In this document: piece after piece, positions 1 through 9,203 of the stretch
Numbering within the stretch: the stretch's first letter is position 1
Layout: the number at the start of each line of letters is the position of its first letter
Assembly (NCBI GenBank): GCA_016748015.1
Contig: JAAOMT010000298.1
Span: forward strand, 11,263-21,470
Source: Geosiphon pyriformis uo1
Lineage: Eukaryota > Fungi > Glomeromycota
Direction: 5' to 3'
Length of the DNA: 10,208 nucleotides
Translations under genes and position numbers: made by a program
Notes under the pieces: generated by a model
Database searches by the model: none
The model's input: only the letters and a program-made list of their open reading frames with translations
Told to the model about the DNA's origin: nothing

Positions 1-950
1 TATTATTATTATTAAGATTTATTAATAGTTATTGCTAAGATTAGAATTAAGATTTGTGAAAAATAATTAACTCAATTTAAAAAACACAAGATATTAATCT
101 ATAACTTTGAAATTTGGTTAAATTAGCAATAATGAATTACCCCATGATATATATTATAAAAATATTCAATTTAATTAATTACTATTTACGAAGCTATAAA
201 AAATTCCTAATTCCAGTTGAAAAACTTTTCAATAAAAAGATGTGTTATTTGGGTCATAGATTTAATGAAGCCAAATATAAAACTTGCTTCAAAATTTTTA
301 ATAGCAATATTTCTGAATCAATTAATAATAAATATTCAGAATATAATTAAGAAGCATTTTAGTTTTAGATAAAACCTTAAGTTTTTTTGTGAACAAACAA
401 AAAAACTTTAAAGTATGGCAATTTTTAGTATTATCTGATAAAGAATGTTCCAGAGATTGTGGATAATTGTAAAAAAAATTCAATGGTTTAGTATGGAACA
501 AACTCTTTTTGTTCGAATCACAATTGACGAACACGACTCAGATCTAAAAAATATTAATCATATAATTGGGTAAGAAAATTTTCTTCGAAACACGCTTCTT
601 TCTACCATTAAGTTTAATTATATCTTTTTAAGTACTTATATATTTCGTACTCATAAATGAAAATCTAATAAGAATTTTGAGGTTAATAATGTAGAAAATT
701 ATATTAATAGCTTTTTCAATTCTTGTAATTTTAATAATAAACACAAAGCGGTCTTAAATTTTGTTTTGGCTTGAAATTACATTTTATAATAGATTTTAAA
801 AGCATATGATGACTTTTTAATCAATTATTGATCATGATTCATCTTGATTTTGTTAATACCTACTTGTTTATAAAAAAAATCACCAATCAAAAAAGACCAT
901 GTCTTCTCCCCAGCACTGTTAATTTTTTAACGTTTTGATACTTAGAGGCT
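1..950 (+). repeat. Left arm of long terminal inverted repeat (near-perfect 1-525, degenerate 526-950)
   Basis: Reverse complement of the right end by direct comparison. Identical to about 478, then a 1-nt A-run indel (471-478) and a G/A difference at 496. Interrupted homology blocks follow (GACGAACACGACTCAGATCT, AAGCATATGATGACTTTTT, AAATCACCAATCAAAAAAGA), ending at CTTAGAGGCT 941-950. Confidence 0.97.
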
Positions 951-2124
951 TGTTTTTAAATTCATATTGCGATAAAAAGTTTAGGTGGCTGGTCATGTGT
1001 TGAAAGAACATGAGCCACAATATATCATTATATATAAAAATAATAATAGTAAAAATAATAAATAATCACATTTTATTGAAAATAATCAAAATTATTAATA
1101 TTTTTTAATATTCTAAATAAGAAAACAAAATTTTGATAAAAAATCTTTTAAATAAATCGAAATTAAATATTTTTAAAAATAAATTATATATTAATATTAA
1201 ATTAAATTAAAAAGTATATTATAATTTTTGAAATAAATTTCATATGTCAATTTATGATACATATTAAATAAAAATAATTTTTTTAAAAAAATACTGTAAT
1301 ATATATATACTTAGTCATTACTCGTAATATTTTTTAAAATGATAATAAATAACAAAACTAAAAAAATAAAGTAAATTAAAATGGACTTGGTTTTAATTTG
1401 TTAATATAATATGTTAAATAAGATAAGAAAATTATGAAATTTTTTTAAAGTTGCATACTACAGTTGTATATTAATAGAAAGCATTAATGAAACGTTTATT
1501 TAATTTTTTAAAAAATTCAATAATTTTATAATAAATAGTCATGTATTATGATAGATTTTTTTTTTAGAAAAAATCAAATATTCGTAAATCTTATCTCATC
1601 AAAGGTAAACATATGGAGTAATGGGGGGAATAATTATTCGGAATAATGGTTCATATATTTCCCTAATCCACCTATTCATTGAGTCAACGAACTGGACAAC
1701 GGATGACGACGATTTAACGGTTCAAACAATAAAAACTCTAATTGAAACATGTGTTCTTGCATATCAATGATTGAATCAATCTTTTCAAATCAATTTTTTA
1801 GCCAGTAGATCTATTATTCCGCAAACTTGTATATTATTTTAGATTTATTACAAAATAAATTTTTCTTTGGTCATGTTTAGGGTTTTTGATTGTTTTTTTT
1901 TGTAATATTCAATGAAAAAGAATATTGTAACAGAAAAAAAAAAAAATAAAAGCTCAAAAGTTATGGAGTAATTATTTGTTTAGTTTGAAATTATGAATTT
2001 TTGGAAATAATTCATTTTTTAATTTGATATTTAAAAAATATGTCATTGAAGTTAAGCGGTTATTGATTGTCTAAAAATGATTTTTACCGAATCCCATATG
2101 TAATATTTGACAATTGTGCTTTGA

Positions 2125-2630
2125 TTTTTTAATAATAATCATTACTATTCATATTCGGAATTTCAATCAACCAATCAATTAATCAATCTAATTCCAATCA
2201 AAGATCAGATCCATGCGATCACGAGGAACAATCATTACTATTCAATAATGAACCTGAATGGGTTAAAAAAAAAGGCTGTGCTAAAACACCCCAAACAAAA
2301 GGAAAATAGTTAGTTATTCGAACTAAATAATAAGGTCATTACTACTATTTTAATTAATGCATTAGCAAAGCTGAAGGCTGAAAGCTTTATCTATGAATCA
2401 GTCTGGCCAAAAAAAAAATTCGCCCAATCGGTACCAAATACCGATTTTGACAAACATTACGACTTAGCCTGGTTTCCCGAAGAATAGGGTAAGAGTTTCT
2501 AATGATCATGATCGTGAGAAACTTTCGGATTTTATTTCGCCTATCCCGCCAACAATGGATGGCCGACAGGATTTAATTAACTCATGTGTGCATAAAGGGA
2601 ATTTAAATTCAAAAGAGCCCGAGTTTTAAC
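2125..2630 (+). pseudogene. Possible degraded coding relic, family unknown
   Basis: GC-richer island. One frame runs 2125-2487 with a single internal TAG (2311-2313), and a second frame continues ...SNDHDREKLSDFISPIPPTMDGRQDLINSCVHKG. No motif recognised. Confidence 0.22.
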
Positions 2631-3145
2631 GAGCGAACGGAAAAAATGCGGTTAAATGACTCAAAAATAACTAAAGAGCCTCATCATTTTAATCTTGGAT
2701 AGTCTTTAAATAAAGAGCTTGCTATAATTGCTTTACTTTTCTAGATTGTTCATAGAATTCATTCTAGCCTTTTGCCCAGTCAGCCACCAATAATCCAAAT
2801 TAAAAAGTCTTCAATGATAATTGTCATTATTTAGAAATTTGGGGATATCAATTTCGATTTGATCATGTACTGTATTAAAGCCTAAAAAAGCGGCAATTCT
2901 GAATTGATTGTGTTTAATCTATTCGTTAATAAAGCAATAAATTTCATAATATTGTTCTTTTGGAATATATATTTACAGATTTTTTTTGGATATTTACAAA
3001 AACTTAAATATTCCAAATGAGGTTTAATACTTTTTTTTTGATTAAAAAGTTTAAAAATCTCAGTTGAGAAAGAATAAAGCGCAAAATAACAATGAAAAAA
3101 TTTTTTTGACAGAATTTTTTGATCAATTTTACCTTTTCAAGATTA

Positions 3146-3190
<45 letters not shown>
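3146..3190. repeat. (ATT)n microsatellite
   Basis: About 15 perfect units. Confidence 0.95.
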
Positions 3191-3726
3191 TTTAAATTTT
3201 TTCTCAATTTCCACCAAATTTTTTAGCCCTTATGGGATATATACTGATTGTCTTTCAGAATTTTCGTAAAATGATTTTTTTTAAAACACATGATCAATAA
3301 AAGATATTGTTCTAGAAAAGTGTTAGTAAGATTTGGATTTGGATTTGGATATCGGCTAATGAAAATCTTGCGATTTAAAGATCAATTAATAAATTCTTTT
3401 TTGATTGATACAATGAAATGCAATAGGACAATGGGACATACAGACGGAAAGAAAATCTTTTTTTTTTTTTCATAACAATATTTCATTTGTTTTAAAAAAA
3501 AAATCATTTCTTTATTTAAATCTTACCTAAATTTTTCTATTAAAAATTTCCCAGCTTCTTTGTTTAATCTTTCATAATAATAGTATTGGTTAAAATTAAA
3601 TGGCTAAGAAACCTTTTTTTTTTTTTTTGAAACTTTTAATTCATGAGCATTCAGAAAAATTTCTATTTTTACGTGTAAAAATTTTAAAGGTAGATAAATT
3701 TTTGTTTCATAAATATATATACGTAC

Positions 3727-3727
<1 letters not shown>

Positions 3728-3765
<38 letters not shown>
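3728..3765. repeat. (TAA)n microsatellite
   Basis: About 12 perfect units. Confidence 0.95.
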
Positions 3766-3766
<1 letters not shown>

Positions 3767-3822
3767 CGTGTAACATGTAAAAAGTTTGAAAGCTCAGCTT
3801 TTTTAAAGAAAATTATTGGATA

Positions 3823-3823
3823 T

Positions 3824-3854
<31 letters not shown>
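3823..3854. repeat. (TGA)n microsatellite
   Basis: About 10 units. Confidence 0.95.
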
Positions 3855-5114
3855 ATCGGTCCCAGTTATTTTCTCATCATTATGATGATATTTAACCTTC
3901 CTTATTCAATCGAAATTATCTGATTTAGAAGTCTGAAAAAGCCAACCACCCACAAGAAATTAGGAGTACATAAACTACACATATTGAACATTGCAGACTT
4001 CGATGACAGGGGTTCAAATTTTTTTGCATAATAATGCATGCATACGCTTACCGTATGTTGTCATACTTATAAATAATAATAACAGGTTATTTTTCTCTAT
4101 GATTTTCTATATTTTCCTTATTATCTTTAGCTTCGTTTACAAGGTGATCTCTATAGTTTTTTTGATTCAAATAAAATTTAAGCTTTTTGAAACAGTTTCT
4201 CGAAATATTTTAATCATAACTCTGAATATGTCATTTACTAATGTGGTGATTCTTACCCAACAAAAACTTAGTGATTTTTACAATGGTAATAGTTTGGATA
4301 ACAGGTGAAAATCACATTGTTTTGAATATTTTTTTCATGTGGGGACCTTGTTTTTTGATCATTGATGCTTTTATTGGTGATTGAATTGGCTTAGTACGCA
4401 TATTGAAAAAAATTTGGCATTTGACTTAGAAAGGAAAATTTTGAGGAGGTGAATCAATATCTTCTCATCTCAAAAACCCATACCAAAAAAATTTAAACCC
4501 TAAAACACTTTTTGTTTCAAAATCAATCTCTCAATAGTTCCCCCTCTTATTGAAATCAATAATTAAATTCTGAGTGGAACCAAAGTTAATCTGAGTTCAT
4601 TAAAATGAAGATTCAAAGCCCAATATTAAAAAAATTTTGATTTTTAAATTGCTATTAAATGTACGCCAGACCGGCAGGCACTTTAATAACTCTTATATTG
4701 ATCTGACGATTCAGTTAAATCATCATTAAGATATTATCAATTATGGTTGGATGCTATTATAGGGATAATATGGGAATCTTCTATCTAATGCGTGATGTCA
4801 GTATTTAATTGATGATGGAGTGAGGTGTTTCAGTGCACTATTGAAATAAATGTCTTTGGTGATCTACTCTAAAATGAACTAAACAAATAATCATATTAAG
4901 GAGTGCTAGGAAACAAGAAATTGATAGAGGTACCATTGAATTGCTATTTGAACTGATGGTCATTAATTTTTCTCTATTGATAACAAGAATGGGCAAGGGG
5001 AAAAGGCAGGGGGCAAAGGGCAAAGAGCAAAGGCAAATAAAAATAATCACAAAGAAATCTGAAAATTCTTTCCAAAAACATTTATTCACATAAATAATAA
5101 CCTTCACCTATTAA

Positions 5115-5574
5115 TCATTTATGATAACCATTTTGAATTAATTTTAGATATTCAAAAACCATCTGATACCGCCATCCAGTCCAATCTTTTTCCTGTGGTG
5201 GCCAACTTAAACAATCCAATGGCTCTTTATACAATCGTAAAGATCTGAGATGATTCGGGTCAATACTCATTTCAGCAGCGATATCATCCACCATGCAAGT
5301 CTTTCGAATAACTTCTTGCTCGTCATAATACCATCCAATCATGTTATATTTATAAGCTAATTCAAATTCTTCAATATCTTCCATGAATTGACGTAGGGTT
5401 AAACGTTTACGATTGGTCCATGCTGGACGTTCATTTGGTGGCAGTGTTTGATATTCGAATTCAGCAGGGACGATATCCGAGATCCAATAGATGTCGTAAC
5501 TGTTGATTGAAATGAATGGGAGACCAGCTAAAACACCTTTTGGTACTTTCCAGTCATGTAAAAGGCGATGTTTA
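5115..5574 (-). CDS. F-box gene exon 2 (C-terminal region, no family recognised)
   Basis: Open frame from the CAG acceptor to TGA at 5117-5115, in phase with exon 1. Confidence 0.88.
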
Positions 5575-5724
5575 CTGAATTTGGGCGAGGAGGAAGGCAG
5601 AGATAGAATTAATGGGATGTTGATAATTTAAAATAATGAAATCAACTCGAAATCGAATAAAAATTATTGGTAAATAATAATAATAATAATAATAATAATA
5701 TATTATTTATCATTTATATTATTA

Positions 5725-5760
<36 letters not shown>

Positions 5761-6157
5761 ATCCCAATTATCCTTTTCAAACTTACCTAATGATTCTATC
5801 CAATAAACAATAGCGACACCCACGAACGCGGAAAGCCCAATATACTTTTGATTCCATCCCACGCTTTCCACGACAAAATTGACATCTTGATAACCAATAA
5901 GCTAGCAACACATATTGTTGTTCAGACATTCCTTTTGGTGGAGCGTTACGTGGGAGATAAGGCAAACGAGAAGTCCGCCATATTTCTTGAGTCATTGCTG
6001 ACTGTGTTGGGGTCAATAGGAATCGAAAGTATCGACATACTCTTAACAAAGCGAATAATTCATCTGGGCTTAAAAAAGTGCATACTTTTTGAAATATTTC
6101 TGGTGGCATTGCTACCGCTGGTGGAAGATTACCATTTTTTGCAAGTCCGTTACCCAT
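5115..6157 (-). CDS. F-box domain protein, 2 exons (6157-5787, 5574-5115), 276 aa; putative SCF ubiquitin-ligase substrate adaptor
   Basis: F-box signature MPPEIFQKVCTFLSPDELFALLRVCRYFRFLL (aa 17-48), followed by IWRTSR..PPKGMSEQQY and CQFC-X18-CRYC. Good start context ATAATGG. Donor AG|GTAAGT at 5787/5786 and acceptor TTCAG| at 5575/5574 after a pyrimidine tract. Splicing gives 371+460=831 nt in frame (...DRIIS KHRLLHDWKVPKGVLAGLPFIS...RQFMEDIEEF...NGYHK*), joining the 124-aa and 89-aa ORFs of the track. GC content is higher than in the flanks. Confidence 0.92.
5575..5786 (-). other. Spliceosomal GT-AG intron, 212 nt, phase 2
   Basis: GTAAGT donor, AT-rich microsatellite-containing body, pyrimidine tract TCTATCTCTGCCTTCCTCCTCGCCC, then AAATTCAG. 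Confidence 0.88.
5673..5759. repeat. Opposed (AAT)n and (TAT)n microsatellites inside the intron
   Basis: (AAT)n at 5673-5700 followed by (TAT)n at about 5717-5759. Confidence 0.9.
5787..6157 (-). CDS. F-box gene exon 1 (F-box plus Cys4 motif)
   Basis: ATG at 6157. The ORF ends at a canonical GTAAGT donor, and the apparent TAA stop lies inside the donor. Confidence 0.9.
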
Positions 6158-6664
6158 TATGAAGTGGTAATAGAAAAAGAAAAGTTTGGGTGGTTGCTAC
6201 TTATTGGCTCAATGATTGTTGAATTGTTTCTGATGATTGTAATGGTGGGGTATAAGATTTGAAAACTTTCAATAGGTGGTTTTATTTCTACTTTTTTCTT
6301 TAGTAATTTTCGAGAAAAAGTGGAAGTAATAAAAGAAAGATTTAAAGAGACTTTAGTTAGATATTGAATGAGTTATTTCCGTTTTTTTCTTTTTCTTTTT
6401 TTCAACAACCAAAAAAAAAGCTCAAGAAATAATAATATTCTTCAAAAAATCACTTAAGGGTAAAAGTTTTTTTTTAAAGGCCCCCACGTTCAAATACAAG
6501 AGTTTAGAAAAAAAGAGAGTTTGTGCAAAAAAAAAATGCAAGTTATTAGACAGATAAATAAATTATTTATGTTTTCTCGAAGTGTGCCTATGCGCGCGCA
6601 CCAACGATAAAAGCAGGAATAAATTATCAGTAACAGGGAACAATAAGACCAACAGTGTCTGTAC

Positions 6665-6666
<2 letters not shown>

Positions 6667-6700
<34 letters not shown>
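6667..6700. repeat. (TA)n microsatellite
   Basis: About 17 units. Confidence 0.95.
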
Positions 6701-6704
<4 letters not shown>

Positions 6705-6811
6705 GATTGTAAGTTTTTAATAAAACATATACATCCGAAACTTGGGAATTCACTCAAAAAACATTTGAATCAATCAATCGATAGAAATGGATTCTTTACA
6801 CATACACTCAA

Positions 6812-6812
<1 letters not shown>

Positions 6813-6854
<42 letters not shown>
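6813..6854. repeat. (CA)n microsatellite
   Basis: About 21 units with degenerate CA-rich flanks. Confidence 0.95.
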
Positions 6855-6858
<4 letters not shown>

Positions 6859-7132
6859 CACATACACAAACACAAACAACACAGTTTTTCTAAAATTGGA
6901 AATGGGCAAAAAATACCTCGTGCAGTACATCCCAACTCCTTTGACTCTTTGGAGGAGAGAATAGATATAAGGATTTTGAGTAAAAATTTATTATTATTGT
7001 ATATGGAGTGAAGTGAGTTTGAAGATTAACTTTATAAAGAGACTTGATGATAAGGGGTAAGCAGTTGATGATTGATGGTATTTTAACAAAAATTAGATGA
7101 CGATAAAAGTTAGGAGAGGGTTATATGTGGTT

Positions 7133-7195
7133 TAAGGGTAAGGATAAGGGTAAGAGTAAGGGTAAGGGTAAGAGTAAGGGTAAGGGTAAGAGTAA
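7133..7195 (+). repeat. Telomere-like hexamer array TAAG(G/A)G x10
   Basis: TAAGGG TAAGGA TAAGGG TAAGAG TAAGGG TAAGGG TAAGAG TAAGGG TAAGGG TAAGAG. Confidence 0.9.
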
Positions 7196-7864
7196 TGATA
7201 AAAAAAAGTAAGAGTGACCCTTTTTATTATAGAAAAGTTTGATAAGGGATTAAACAGTTTCAAAAAATGATTTGAGTATAGGTTTAGTAGGGTATAGAAG
7301 AAAAGAGTCAAATGTATAAGGATAATTTTTAATAAATCAGGCTTTAGTTTATTCGCTGACAAATAAAAAATATTTATAATAAAACTGATATTTATTAGTT
7401 AAAAATGTCAGGAATGAAGAATCACAAATAACGACTACAAAATGACAATGAAAACAAGAAGAAATAAAAGAAAAGGAACAATTGAAACCAAAAATGAAAA
7501 TAACAACGAAAATTTATGCGTTAATATTATCTAAGTGAAATAAGGTGAGGGAAATATAAAGGTCAAATATGTGGGTAGGTTGTGTCATGGTAACGGCCAT
7601 AACAGATTAAAAACTGTTTAAATCTTATGGCAGATAAATTAGGGTAAAAAGATACCGATTCTATTTTAAAAAATTACATTCCTGCTTTACTTTTCTGGGA
7701 ATATTATTAGCCTCAATTGATATATTGACCGCATAACACCAATAGGAAAAATGTGATACCTTTAATATTATTTGTGTTTCAAATTTTTTTTTACTAAAAA
7801 ACTTTTATATAATATGAAACTATGAAATTTATGGATACGAATTTAATTAAATTTCATATTTTAA

Positions 7865-7890
7865 AAACAACAACAACAACAACAACAACA
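7865..7890. repeat. (CAA)n microsatellite
   Basis: About 8 units. Confidence 0.9.
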
Positions 7891-8562
7891 GAGTAATTTC
7901 AAAACCTGAATATCTACTATTTCGAATATCTTAAAAACATTTTTGGACATTTGAAATGAAGATTAAAGAGTGAAAAGATGATTTGAAATTTAAAATTTAA
8001 ATTTAAAATTAGACTTTTTATAATAAATATCTTTATTTAATGGGAATTACATAATTGAGTATGGCTGAGGAAATCATACATTTATTACATAGATATTATA
8101 ATAGAGAATGGGTGATTAAAAATTTTTATGAAAATATATAGTTTTATATAATTCTAGTTAGTGTATTAATTATAAAAAAGTAAATTTAATCTCGAACACA
8201 GCCTCTAATTTACCTATAAATCCTCAGCCGTAATAATTAAAAAAAGTTCAAAGAAAACAAGAGGCTGCGAAAAATTTTTCCGTGATAATCTAATATCAAC
8301 ATTAGGTTATTAAAAATTATAAAATTATATATAAATATAAAATGGTTTATTTTTTTGAACAACAGAGATTTTTTGGTTCTTAAAAAAGGCTAAAAAATAA
8401 CGGATATCTTTTATTTAGGAAGTTGTTAAACTTATATTTCAAACACTTTATGAATATTGATATTTTATCAAATACGGAAAAAGTTTATGAATTTAATGGA
8501 ATAAATCATCATATACTAAATAAAATAAAAACAAAGAAAATTTTAAAATTTTAAAAATATCT

Positions 8563-8670
8563 TATATAAATTAAACTACGCTCTATAGCAAAGAAAACTA
8601 TATAAATTGAACTACGCTCTATAGCAAAGAAAACTATATAAATTGAACTACGCTCTATAGCAAAGAAACT
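8563..8670. repeat. Tandem minisatellite, 3 x 36 bp
   Basis: Unit TATATAAATT(G/A)AACTACGCTCTATAGCAAAGAAAAC starting at 8563, 8599 and 8635. The third copy lacks one A. Confidence 0.95.
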
Positions 8671-9203
8671 AATACTTGATTATCATAATTTTGTTTGAAA
8701 TTATTAGAATTCCAAGCAGGAAATGGTAAATTTTTAATTCAATCCTTAAGATTTCAACACACAAAGATAAATAATCTTATTTTTTGGCCATGATAGCCGA
8801 AAATTTGTAATCTTTGTTTACTTATGAATAAATCTCTAGTTTCAAGAATTAAAGAATTTTCTCAACTTTATGATAATTCATGTGAACTTTTATTTAGTAA
8901 ATACCCACTACCACCACCAAAGATTGGTCGAGTCTATTCATAATCGTAAAGGAGTAAGAAACCTTTAAACACTGAAAGATCATTTATTGTTAATAATAGT
9001 AAAAGGAGTATAAGAGATTAGAATCCATATAAATTTTTTTTCATCTCTTCCAATTTGGCCAAATCAACGTTTTGAATCATCCTTGGATATCATTTTGTAT
9101 TATGAATGATGATCATCCAAAATCATTTGATTTCCAAATTCAGAATATGATTCTATTTTTAATGCGGTTTATTTGTTACCTATAAAAGGAAATCCAATAG
9201 TCT

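Noticed and set aside
12-15. TTAA at both ends as a piggyBac target-site duplication
   Set aside because: TTAA is palindromic, so it appears automatically in an inverted repeat. There are no CCC/GGG-type termini, and symmetry continues outside it.
114-350. 78-aa ORF duplicated at 9859-10095 as a protein gene or transposase
   Set aside because: Starts at TTG, has AT-driven I/K/N/Y/F composition and no motif. The duplication simply reflects the TIR.
3004-3207. ORFs with poly-Ile, (YI)n, (HT)n or (YP)n runs (also 6490-6757, 6787-7011, 7132-7362)
   Set aside because: These frames are held open by microsatellites and show no coding signal.
3991-4308. 105-aa hydrophobic ORF (also 4838-5107, 3290-3475, 322-534, 9464-9715)
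   Set aside because: Hydrophobicity or basicity is explained by T- or A-rich DNA, several starts are non-ATG, and no family is recognised.
5848-6162. 104-aa plus-strand ORF
   Set aside because: Antisense shadow of F-box exon 1 with a non-ATG start.
8563-8670. CRISPR array (36-bp repeats)
   Set aside because: Repeats are head-to-tail without spacers, there are no cas genes, and the context is eukaryotic.
8880-8935. Minus-strand peptide PIFGGGSGYLLNK reminiscent of a glycosyltransferase-31 or Gly-rich loop motif
   Set aside because: Short, flanked by stops and produced by a (CCA)n run, so it is insufficient without a BLASTX hit.
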